From Vicinamibacterales bacterium (GTDB lineage Bacteria > Acidobacteriota > Vicinamibacteria > Vicinamibacterales > UBA2999), in contig DATFRP010000100.1 of the NCBI GenBank assembly GCA_035263125.1, positions 2,920 to 66,919 on the forward strand: a stretch of 64,000 bases of DNA. The letters run 5' to 3'. This document shows, piece by piece, positions 53,632 to 61,949 of this stretch. The stretch's first letter is position 1; the number at the start of each line of letters is the position of its first letter. The position numbers were made by a program, and so were the translations under genes. The notes beneath the pieces are model-generated. The model was not told the DNA's origin. It saw nothing but the letters and a program-made list of their open reading frames with translations, and searched no databases.

Positions 53632-54386
53632 GACTCGGTGCCCATCAGGCTCAAGAGATCGGTGGGAGCGATGGCGCCGAGATCAGGCTCGCGCCCCACG
53701 CCGAACTTCCGCAGACGCTCGCCGGTGACGCGGACCGCCGCGGGATTGAGATCGGTGCCCAGAAAACGGCGGCCCTGTTTGAGCGCCGCCTCACCGACGC
53801 TTCCCGAGCCCATGAACGGATCGGCCACGACGTCGCCGGCGTTCGAGCTCTGCGTGATGAGAATCTCCGAGACCTTCCACGGCTTCTCGGCTGGATAGCC
53901 GCGGTGGATTCGTGGTTCTCTGATGATGTCGGCCACACCGAGATCGTTCAGGCGGCGCTTGCCCTTTTCGAAGAACAGGATGAACTCGTAGCGCGCGCGG
54001 TAGTGGTAGCCCATGCCGATCGTCTGTTTGTCCCACACCAGCGGCTTCCAGAACTTGAAGCCGGCACGCTCGGCCTCCGGTTTGGCGACGAACATCGTCT
54101 CCGCGTCGCAGAAGAGATAGAAATGCGTGTCGTCCCGCAGGACGCGATAGGCCTCGTCGAACAGCTCGGCGAACCGCGCGTTCGGAAAGACGATGAACCA
54201 GTCGTTGCTCGACGCCTTGCTGTGTTTCAGCCGCGTCGTGGTGCCGACGGCCCGGTGCTTTTCGAGCGACTCGTACGCCGGGTCGGTGATCAGGAGATCG
54301 ACGGACGAGGCCGGAAGCGCGCGCAGCCATTCCACTGCGTCCTGGTTGGACAGCTCGAACAAAGGAGTGTTCACGGGTCGAGTCAT
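53628..54386 (-). CDS. beta-class N6-adenine/N4-cytosine DNA methyltransferase (N6_N4_Mtase family)
   Basis: Motif IV DLLITDPAYE (a DPAY variant of DPPY) lies N-terminal. YPAEKPWKVSEILI and motif I DPFMGSGS lie C-terminal, which is the beta permutation. Confidence 0.85.
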   Translation of the reverse strand: MTRPVNTPLFELSNQDAVEWLRALPASSVDLLITDPAYESLEKHRAVGTTTRLKHSKASSNDWFIVFPNARFAELFDEAYRVLRDDTHFYLFCDAETMFVAKPEAERAGFKFWKPLVWDKQTIGMGYHYRARYEFILFFEKGKRRLNDLGVADIIREPRIHRGYPAEKPWKVSEILITQSSNAGDVVADPFMGSGSVGEAALKQGRRFLGTDLNPAAVRVTGERLRKFGVGREPDLGAIAPTDLLSLMGTES

Positions 54387-54823
54387 TCTATGCGACGTCC
54401 GCCTTCGCGCCTCCGCGCTTCGGCGCGACAGCCTTCGCCGGCCAGGTGGGATTGTCGCTGGACGGAATGACAGGGTAGGTCACTGCAGAATTCAATGCAT
54501 GCCGTGAGCCGCATCGCTCACGTCGAACCCAAGTGAGCGACGCCCGCCTGTGGCCGAAGCTCACTTGGGTATGGGACGCCGGCCAGCCCGATCGGCGCCG
54601 CGGAAAAAACGCGCTTCCAGATCCACCCCGGAAGCCCACGTTTATCTACCGGGGCTGGTTGTGGCGATCTCGCCGTGAGGGCTCCCTGCAGCGCGTTTTT
54701 ACTTCCTTCGCTGATCGCGTCGCCTTTAGGGCTGGCCGCCGTCCCACACCCAACTGAGCATCGGCGCGATCGTGTGCGTCGCCAGTCAATCCGCATGCGA
54801 GCTCACTTGGGGCTACGAAGCTG

Positions 54824-55285
54824 CTAGAACATCCACACCGCGCGTGCCATCAGTGATGCGGCGACGACGATCGCGATGACGAGGCCGATCTCGATTGAAT
54901 TAATGCGGCGATAGGTTTCGACCGGGAACCGAGGCAGCGCCACGCCACGATGGCGGGCGGATCGCACGCGAATGAAAGTCATCATCGGCGCGATCTCGAG
55001 CGCGAACACCAGGCCGAACAACGCGAGCTTCACCCAGAAGAAGCCGTTGCGCCAGTAGAACGCAGGTTCCTTGCCGCCAAAGAACATGCGGAGGAGTCCC
55101 GTCGCGATCCACAAGACGGCTGCGATGCCCCACCCATTGTCGGCGATCAGCAACCGTCGCCAGCCAGCCTCATCGAGAGGACCGGCAAGCGCGCGTCCGC
55201 GTATGAAAATCGCTCCGAGCCCGAGGGCGAGCGTCAGCAGGTGAGCGGACGAGAGCAGCGCGCTGATGATCACAGCGGTGTTCAT
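54824..55285 (-). CDS. four-TM membrane protein (DUF2214-like, tentative)
   Basis: The ATG at 55285 gives 153 aa with four hydrophobic helices. The longer ORF upstream is Arg/Pro-rich and unlikely to be translated. Confidence 0.6.
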   Translation of the reverse strand: MNTAVIISALLSSAHLLTLALGLGAIFIRGRALAGPLDEAGWRRLLIADNGWGIAAVLWIATGLLRMFFGGKEPAFYWRNGFFWVKLALFGLVFALEIAPMMTFIRVRSARHRGVALPRFPVETYRRINSIEIGLVIAIVVAASLMARAVWMF

Positions 55286-55298
55286 CCGGTAGTCCCGT

Positions 55299-55715
55299 TT
55301 AGCGCTTCTTTCGTGTCGATCGCGGGGTCGCGGCGTTGTAGTCGAGGGCCAGTGTGATCCACGACTCGAGAGCAGCGGGCGATCGCACCGCGCTCGCATC
55401 GACCCACACGTAGCCGCGATACTCTCGCCCCTTCATCACGACCGTCCGGCATCCAGGACTCCCGAGAACGTCGTCGTGAACGGCTGGATCGATGCGGCAC
55501 ATGATCCGCTGCGGCCGCGCGCTGACACACATCCTGCCGCGCACCATGAACGCGGTGCCCCCGAACATTCGCTTTTCCTCGACGCGTGGAGTTCCACTCA
55601 GTGCAGCCCTGACCCGTTCGACCAGCGTGTCATCGCCGGGTGTATCAGCCGCCGCGCTCTTCTTTCGCGCAGTGCCCGCGCGTGCTCGAGTCCGACGCAA
55701 CGCATGTCCTGCCAC
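55299..55715 (-). CDS. TfoX/Sxy N-terminal domain protein
   Basis: EEKRMFGGTAFMVRGRMCV is the TfoX_N hallmark. GTG start. Confidence 0.75.
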   Translation of the reverse strand: MAGHALRRTRARAGTARKKSAAADTPGDDTLVERVRAALSGTPRVEEKRMFGGTAFMVRGRMCVSARPQRIMCRIDPAVHDDVLGSPGCRTVVMKGREYRGYVWVDASAVRSPAALESWITLALDYNAATPRSTRKKR

Positions 55716-55779
55716 GACCGGGCCCTCCGTCGACGTTCTGCAAACAGTCTGACACGTCTGATGAACAGCCTCACGATTT

Positions 55780-55937
55780 GTCGGTGCGAGTGGGGCTGGC
55801 GTCTGTCGGTGCGAGGAGACTGACGTCGTCGGTGCGATCTCGCTGACTCACGTTCGGCCGGTGGTATCGACAGAACACGTCGCACCGACCCGCGCCAGCG
55901 GGCTCGCACCGACAATCGTCAGTGATCCCGCACCGAT
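55780..55937. repeat. 3 + 3 array of GTCGGTGCGA / TCGCACCGAC decamers spaced ~24 bp (158-bp imperfect palindrome)
   Basis: Direct copies are at 55780, 55805 and 55828. Inverted copies are at 55880, 55904 and 55928 (the last is CCGCACCGAT). The spacers are also partly complementary (GACTGAC/GTCAGT, GCTGGCG/CGCCAGC). Confidence 0.75.
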
Positions 55938-55989
55938 GAGTATCAGCTTCAACTGGCCCGCCAGCTCCGGTTGTGCCAGACTTCTGCCC

Positions 55990-56490
55990 ATGGCCAACAT
56001 CACTCTGCGGGTGAACGGCACGTCGCGCACGGTTGACGTCGATCCGGCGACGCCGCTCCTCTACGTCCTTCGCAACGATCTCGATCTGCATGGCCCCCGC
56101 TTCGGCTGTGGTCTCGGCCAGTGCGGTGCCTGTACGGTGCTCGTCAAGAACGAGGCGGTTCGATCCTGCATCCGGCCGGTCTCCAGCGTCGCGGGTGCGG
56201 AGATCACGACGCTCGAAGGGCTGGGCAAGGACGGCAAGCTCCATCCGCTGCAGCAGGCGTGGATTGAAGAGCAGGTGCCAGCCTGTGGCTTCTGTCAGAA
56301 CGGCCAGATCCTCACCGCGAAGGCACTGCTCGATCGCAACCCGTCACCAACCGACGCGCAGATCCGACAGGGCATGGCCAACACGCTCTGTCGCTGCATG
56401 ACCTACTACCGGATCCAGGCCGCCATCAAACGTGCGGTGAAGATCACCAGTACCGCGAGCGCAAGGTCCGAGAGCGAGGTGATCGCATGA
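55990..56490 (+). CDS. (2Fe-2S)-binding small subunit, second IorA-like paralog
   Basis: [12 protein letters not shown] and CGFCQNG...CRCMTY motifs. Confidence 0.9.
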   Translation: MANITLRVNGTSRTVDVDPATPLLYVLRNDLDLHGPRFGCGLGQCGACTVLVKNEAVRSCIRPVSSVAGAEITTLEGLGKDGKLHPLQQAWIEEQVPACGFCQNGQILTAKALLDRNPSPTDAQIRQGMANTLCRCMTYYRIQAAIKRAVKITSTASARSESEVIA

Positions 56491-58799
56491 GCACCCGCCG
56501 CGAATTTCTCCAGCAGTCAGGCTTCCTCGTCGTCGGGCTCAGCGTTGCCGGCATGCCCGAGCTGTCGCTCGACGCGCAGGGGCTTGGTGCGGGCCCGTAT
56601 CCCGACGTCGACTTCAGACAGCTCGATTCGTGGATCGTGATCCGGCAGGACAACACCGCCACGTTCTACGTCGGCAAGACTGATCTCGGTCAGGGTACCG
56701 GCACCGCCTTCCGTCAGGTGATGTCCGACGAGCTCGACTTCCCGTACGACAAAACGTCCTGCGTCATGGGAAGCACCGATGTCACGGTCGATCAGGGCGG
56801 GTCAGGCGGCTCGGATGCGCTGCAGACCGATGGCTATCCGATGCGCCGCGTCGCCGCAGAAGCGCGTCGTGTGCTGCTCGAGATGGCGTCCACGCGATTC
56901 GGTGTGCCGGTGACGGCGCTGGTCGTGGCCGACGGCGTCGTCTCGGTTGCCGCCGATCCATCGAAGAAGGTGACGTACGGCGAGCTGATCGGCGGACGCA
57001 AGTTCAACGTCACGCTGACCGGCAACAACATCAACGCCACCACCGGCGTTGCGAAGCTCAAAGACGTGCAGCAGATGAAGATGGTGGGGAAGTCGCTGCC
57101 ACGCTACGACATCCCCGCGAAAGTCGATGGCTCGCTGAAGTGGGCGGTCGACGTCAAGGTGCCCGGCATGCTGCACGCGCGGAACGTGAAGCCGCCGTAT
57201 GCCGGCGCGAAGCTCGTGAGCATCGACGAATCATCGGTGAACAAGCTTCCCGGTTTCGTGAAGGTGGTCACCAAGGGCAACTACCTCGCCGTCGTCTGTC
57301 AGCGTGAAGAGCAGGCGATCACCGCCGCACGCGCGCTCAAAGTGAACTGGCAGAAACCGGCGACGGCGCCGTTTCCGACGTCCGAGAACCTGTTCTCGTA
57401 CATGCGCGGCGCGATGCCGACGTCGAGCAGTCCTGCGAATGTGGTCGGCAATCCCGACACGGCGATCAAAGGTGCCACCAAGGTCGTCGAAGCCGAGTAC
57501 GAGGTCCCGTTCCAGGGACACGTGGCGATCGGTCCGGCCCATGCGATGGCCGATCCTTCGAACGATCAACTGACGATCTACTCGAACGACATGAAGTCGT
57601 ACGGGTTGCGCGACGGCGTTGCCGAGTTCCTGAAGATGCCGCGTGATCGCGTGCGCGTGGTCTGGATGGAAGGCCCGCAGGCCTACGGTCGCACGGCGGC
57701 AGACGACGCCGGGTTCGAGGCGGCATTCCTGGCGAAGGAGCTGGGCAAGCCCGTTCGCATTCAATGGATGCGCAACGAGGAGACCGCCTGGGATACCAAG
57801 GGCCCGGCGTTTCTCGTGAAGACGCGCGGCGCTCTCGACGCGCAGGGCAACCTCGTGTCGTTCGAGTACGACGCGCGGTCGGCCGACTTCAATCACCTCG
57901 GCTACAACGAGCACGACACCGTGCTCATCTCACAGCTGATGGGCAATCGGCCGGCGATGCCCAATGCCGGCAGCGCGGCGAGACCCGAGGAGATGTACGC
58001 CATTCCGAACCGGCGTACGGCGCTCCAGGTGGTGAGTCTGCCGCTCATCTGGGAGACGCCGCTTCGCACCGGCAACCTTCGCGATCCAAACGGGCCGCAG
58101 TCGGCGTTTGCGTCTGAGTCGTTCATCGACGAGCTCGCCGCAGCGGCGAAGGCCGATCCGGTCCAATTCCGTCTGAAGCTGCTGACCCAGGGCGCTGGTG
58201 ACGATAGCGCATTCAAACGGGCGCGATCGATTGCGGTGATCAAGGCTGCCGCAGACGCTTTCAAGTGGGACACGCGTCCCTCGCCGAGGCCGGTCGGGAG
58301 CGGCGAGATTCTCACCGGCCGCGGCATCGCGTACGCGATCCGCAGCCAGACGATCGTTGCCGAGATCGCCGAAGTGGAAGTGAATCGGCGCACCGGCCGC
58401 GTGTGGGTCAAACGCATCGTCTGTGCGCACGACTGCGGGCTGGTGATCAACCCGGAAGCGCTGCGGCGCACGATCGAAGGCGGGGCGCTGCACTCGGTGA
58501 GTCGCGCGCTCTACGAGGAAGTGCAGTTCGACGGCGAGAAAGTGACGAGCGTCGACTGGACCAGCTATCCCACGCTCACCCACAACGACGTGCCCGAGGC
58601 GATCGACGTCGTCATCGTGAACGGCGACCCCAACCCGAATCGGCCCGACCTGCCGCATTACGGGGCGGGCGAGACGATCTGCAAGCCGATGATGGCGGCG
58701 ATCGCGAATGCGATTTTCGATGCGACCGGTGTGCGGCTTCGCCGCCTGCCGTTCCGCAACGCCCGCGTGCTTGCCGCGTTGAAGGCGGCACAAGTCTAG
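56487..58799 (+). CDS. molybdopterin-binding large subunit, second IorB-like paralog, Tat signal
   Basis: ATGA overlap with the preceding gene, Tat motif STRREFLQQSG, and xanthine dehydrogenase family body. Confidence 0.9.
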   Translation: MSTRREFLQQSGFLVVGLSVAGMPELSLDAQGLGAGPYPDVDFRQLDSWIVIRQDNTATFYVGKTDLGQGTGTAFRQVMSDELDFPYDKTSCVMGSTDVTVDQGGSGGSDALQTDGYPMRRVAAEARRVLLEMASTRFGVPVTALVVADGVVSVAADPSKKVTYGELIGGRKFNVTLTGNNINATTGVAKLKDVQQMKMVGKSLPRYDIPAKVDGSLKWAVDVKVPGMLHARNVKPPYAGAKLVSIDESSVNKLPGFVKVVTKGNYLAVVCQREEQAITAARALKVNWQKPATAPFPTSENLFSYMRGAMPTSSSPANVVGNPDTAIKGATKVVEAEYEVPFQGHVAIGPAHAMADPSNDQLTIYSNDMKSYGLRDGVAEFLKMPRDRVRVVWMEGPQAYGRTAADDAGFEAAFLAKELGKPVRIQWMRNEETAWDTKGPAFLVKTRGALDAQGNLVSFEYDARSADFNHLGYNEHDTVLISQLMGNRPAMPNAGSAARPEEMYAIPNRRTALQVVSLPLIWETPLRTGNLRDPNGPQSAFASESFIDELAAAAKADPVQFRLKLLTQGAGDDSAFKRARSIAVIKAAADAFKWDTRPSPRPVGSGEILTGRGIAYAIRSQTIVAEIAEVEVNRRTGRVWVKRIVCAHDCGLVINPEALRRTIEGGALHSVSRALYEEVQFDGEKVTSVDWTSYPTLTHNDVPEAIDVVIVNGDPNPNRPDLPHYGAGETICKPMMAAIANAIFDATGVRLRRLPFRNARVLAALKAAQV

Positions 58800-58811
58800 G
58801 CGCACGTTCAG

Positions 58812-59048
58812 ATGTCGAATGTGAAGCCGCCGCCGACTGCTTTCATCGTCGCTGGTCTCGTGCTGCTCGTGATGCCGCTGCTCATTGCATTGGGCATCGG
58901 TGTGCTTGGTCTTGTCGCGGGCATGCCCGACAGCGACCCGCGAGTCAGCCGCGTCATGTTGACCGGCTTCCTCGTGTGGATCGTGCTGGTCGTGCTCGCG
59001 GTCGCTGTCTTCCTCACGAAACTGCTTCGACGCCAGACCCGCTCCTAG
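58812..59048 (+). CDS. small two-TM membrane protein (78 aa)
   Basis: Two clear hydrophobic helices and a basic C-terminus. It starts 12 nt after the oxidoreductase stop. Confidence 0.5.
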   Translation: MSNVKPPPTAFIVAGLVLLVMPLLIALGIGVLGLVAGMPDSDPRVSRVMLTGFLVWIVLVVLAVAVFLTKLLRRQTRS

Positions 59049-59192
59049 CGGGCATCGGGGAGTGTGCGCCAGTGGGACGCCCTCGTCCCGGGCGTGGACA
59101 AGCCACGCGCACGCACTCGCATATCAAACACCTGCCAAAGCGACGCGAGATTCGAGGAAATTGCGCCGTTTCACGCCGTTCCTCTCGATGGC

Positions 59193-59726
59193 ATGGGCAA
59201 TGCTAGGCAGCACACAGTCATGCACTCTCGCCCCGAGTCGATGCTGGCGGCCACCTACCGGGACTGCTACGTTCGTCTGCGGACGACCGCGTCGCGATAC
59301 GTGCATTGGCAGGACGCCGACGACATGGTGCAGGATGCATTCGTGCGGGCGCTGCAAAGCGAACGCGGCTTCCGCCGCGATGCGTCGCCCGCGACGTGGC
59401 TGCATCGCATCCTGGTCAATACCTGCCACGACGAGCGGCGCCGTGGACAGCGTCGTCAGCGAATCGCGGCGGCCGTCAGTTCAGCGGCGCCAAGTCTCAC
59501 GGAGCGGCCGCGACCGGTCGAGCGGCTCGGCGCGCGCGCTGCGTTCGGGGGGCTGTCGCCCGACGACCGCACGATCTGCCTGCTGTACGACGTGCTCGGA
59601 TACACGCATCGGGAGATTGCCGCGGCACTGCGCATTCCGGTGGGAACGTCGAAGAGCCGACTGTCGGTCGCGCGACGTCGCTTGTCACGGAAGTTCGACG
59701 CAACGCTTCCGCAGAAATCCAATTAG
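59193..59726 (+). CDS. ECF-type sigma-70 family sigma factor
   Basis: Region 2 is DADDMVQDAFVRALQS...WLHRILVNTCHDERRR. Region 4 is LSPDDRTICLLYDVLGYTHREIAAALRIPVGTSKSRLSVARRRL. Alternative start at 59220. Confidence 0.8.
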   Translation: MGNARQHTVMHSRPESMLAATYRDCYVRLRTTASRYVHWQDADDMVQDAFVRALQSERGFRRDASPATWLHRILVNTCHDERRRGQRRQRIAAAVSSAAPSLTERPRPVERLGARAAFGGLSPDDRTICLLYDVLGYTHREIAAALRIPVGTSKSRLSVARRRLSRKFDATLPQKSN

Positions 59727-59743
59727 CGCGTTTGCGATTTGGT

Positions 59744-59793
59744 GTAGAGCGGGGGCTTCAGCCCCGCCGGCAATCAACGCGGCTGCGCTCTAC
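59744..59793. repeat. REP element (one full GTAGAGCGGGGGCTTCAGCCCCGC unit + truncated inverted unit GCGCTCTAC)
   Basis: Same family as 1479-1536 and 49476-49564. Confidence 0.65.
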
Positions 59794-59860
59794 GGCGAAC
59801 TCCACCTGGCACGTCCCCCCCTGATTAGGTGAGAGCGAACCGTACCAAGAGGTGAGTAGG

Positions 59861-60715
59861 ATGAGACGAATGTCGAGAGCGTCGATGCTGGTTGTGGGTG
59901 TCGCCTGGGCGTCTTTCACACTGCCGGTCGTCGCTGACAGCGGACGCGCCGTCGATGATCGATCGGTGACTCCAGCGCCGGCAAGCGATCTGATGCCGGT
60001 AGCGCAACAGAACGCGCTGGTGCAGAAGCATTGCGTCGGGTGCCACAAAGGTGCCGCGCCAGCAGGCGCCCTGTCGTTCGAAGCGTTCGACGCCGCCCGC
60101 CCCGATCCGAGCGTTGCTGGCATGATGCTCGTCAAGATCACCGCCGATGGCGCGATGGGTGCCGCGGGGGTGCCCAAGCCTGATGCTCCGACAATGGACG
60201 CGTTCATCGGCGCGTTGTCGACGGCTGCGGCCAGCGCGCCGTCGGGTCCGGGCGTGTGGTCGGTCACGCTCGCGGAAGAGCCGAAGCGAGGGCACGATCT
60301 CGTGACCGCGCGCATCACGCAGGAGATCCCGCTGCCGGCCGGGAAGCGGCAGTTCGCCGTGTATCAATTGACGCTGACGTGCAGCGGCGCGACGCGTCGT
60401 GGTGAGATGCAGCTGGCGACGTTCGCAAAGGCAGGTGCGGATGCGCCGATGACGATCCGCGCAATGTCGGCGCGGGCCGACGGGGCCGTGCCGTTCACCT
60501 ATGCTCTGGACGGCGGCGCCCCGCAGTCCGCTACCTTGCGAGCCACGCAGGAGCATTCCGGAACCGCGCAGGATACGATGCTGCTGCCGTCACGAATACT
60601 GGCGGTCAGCGGTCTCTATCTCAAGGAGAACGTCTCGTTCGCATTCACGGGATTGAGTCCGACCGTGCGACAGGTGTTCGCCACCTGCTTCACCGCGCCT
60701 CAGGCGAACCCATAG
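59861..60715 (+). CDS. secreted hypothetical protein with a single CxxCH motif
   Basis: The ATG at 59861 follows AAGAGGTGAG, and a signal-like N-terminus is present. QKHCVGCHKGAAPAGALSFEAFD resembles the heme-motif region of DUF1592-type proteins. Confidence 0.55.
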   Translation: MRRMSRASMLVVGVAWASFTLPVVADSGRAVDDRSVTPAPASDLMPVAQQNALVQKHCVGCHKGAAPAGALSFEAFDAARPDPSVAGMMLVKITADGAMGAAGVPKPDAPTMDAFIGALSTAAASAPSGPGVWSVTLAEEPKRGHDLVTARITQEIPLPAGKRQFAVYQLTLTCSGATRRGEMQLATFAKAGADAPMTIRAMSARADGAVPFTYALDGGAPQSATLRATQEHSGTAQDTMLLPSRILAVSGLYLKENVSFAFTGLSPTVRQVFATCFTAPQANP

Positions 60716-61895
60716 CAGACATCACGCGCTCGACCGCGCCATCCTCAATGCTCTCGGTTCGATCAGGCAGCGGAATCCACCGTCGATCGCGTGGGCCCGC
60801 GTACTCAGACTGCGGACGGATGATGCGGTTCGCGCGGCGCTGCTCGAATGCGTGCGCAATCCATCCACTGACCCTGCTGATCGCAAACGTCGGCGTGAAC
60901 AGTGCGGTGTCGAATCCGAGGCCGTGGAGCAGAAGCGCGGTGTAGAACTCGACGTTGGTCTGCAACCGTCGTCCGGGTTTGTACTCGTCGAGTAACCGGA
61001 TCGCGGTCGCCTCGACCGCACGCGCCAGGCGGTAGAGCGACATGTCGCCGGCGCGCGTGAACATCCGCTCTGCCGCTGCAGCCAGCACGTCGGCCCGCGG
61101 ATCGCGAACCTTGTAGACGCGGTGGCCGAATCCCATCAGCTTCTCGCCAGCCTCGATCTTCCGGCGCAGCAAGGCTTCGGCACGTGAGGCGTCTCCGATC
61201 TCCAGCACCATGTCGAGCGCCGGCCCCGGCGCGCCGCCGTGCAGAGGACCTTTGAGCGCGCCGATCGCGCCAACGACGGCCGACACGAGATCCGATCCTG
61301 TTGATGTGATGATCCGCGCCGTGAACGTCGACGCGTTGAGTCCGTGGTCGACGACGGTGTTGAGATAGGTTTCGAGCCCGCGCACCGGCTCGGGGTTGGG
61401 CGTCTGTCCCGTTAACATGTAGAGAAAGTTTGCGGCGTGACCGAGATCCGCACGCGGCGCGATCGGTTCGTTCTCTGCGCGCAGTCTCCAGAACGCCGCG
61501 ACGATCGTCGGAAACTGCGCCACGATTCGCAGCGCCGGCTGATCGAATCCGGCTCCGCCGGCTTCTTCCAACGATATCGTTCCCGCCGCAATCCGCAGCG
61601 CGTCCATTGCATCGAGCCGGTGGCTTGCGCACTCGCGCAGCAGATCGATGGTGGCGCGAGGCAGCGCACGCGAGGCCGCCAGGACGGCGCGGAACGCCTG
61701 GAGCTGACGGGCAGATGGCAGTGCCCCATGCCAGAGCAGCCACGTCGTTTCCTCGAACGTTGCCCGTTCGGCCAGCTCGCCAACCGGAAAGCCCGCAATG
61801 ATCAGTTCCCCGCGTTCACCGTCGACGTGACTGAGCTGCGTCGTGGCGGCGACGACGCCCTCGAGTCCCTTGGAGTCGAGTCCTGTGGATGCCAT
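60690..61895 (-). CDS. citrate synthase family enzyme
   Basis: LKGPLHGGAPG, GFGHRVYKVRDPRA and NVEFYTA...GWIAHAFEQ are citrate(Si)-synthase motifs, with Glu where Asp is usual in NVDFY. ATG at 61895. Confidence 0.85.
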   Translation of the reverse strand: MASTGLDSKGLEGVVAATTQLSHVDGERGELIIAGFPVGELAERATFEETTWLLWHGALPSARQLQAFRAVLAASRALPRATIDLLRECASHRLDAMDALRIAAGTISLEEAGGAGFDQPALRIVAQFPTIVAAFWRLRAENEPIAPRADLGHAANFLYMLTGQTPNPEPVRGLETYLNTVVDHGLNASTFTARIITSTGSDLVSAVVGAIGALKGPLHGGAPGPALDMVLEIGDASRAEALLRRKIEAGEKLMGFGHRVYKVRDPRADVLAAAAERMFTRAGDMSLYRLARAVEATAIRLLDEYKPGRRLQTNVEFYTALLLHGLGFDTALFTPTFAISRVSGWIAHAFEQRRANRIIRPQSEYAGPRDRRWIPLPDRTESIEDGAVERVMSAMGSPEAR

Positions 61896-61932
61896 ATACC
61901 AACCGTAGCCATCATGTATCATCGTGTCAACG

Positions 61933-61948
61933 TTGATTGGTAAATCAA
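61933..61948. promoter_or_regulatory. palindrome TTGATT-GGTA-AATCAA abutting the HTH-citrate synthase start codon
   Basis: Perfect 6-bp arms that end 1 nt before the ATG at 61950, in the 54-bp divergent intergenic region. A CAACGTTG palindrome overlaps it. Confidence 0.3.
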
Positions 61949-61949
61949 T

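Noticed and set aside
53179-54823. R-M cassette as part of a mobile genetic island
   Set aside because: No integrase, transposase or tRNA gene flanks it, and its G+C looks like the surrounding DNA. Only the short AGCTCACTTGGG repeats hint at past insertion, so I make no mobile_element call.
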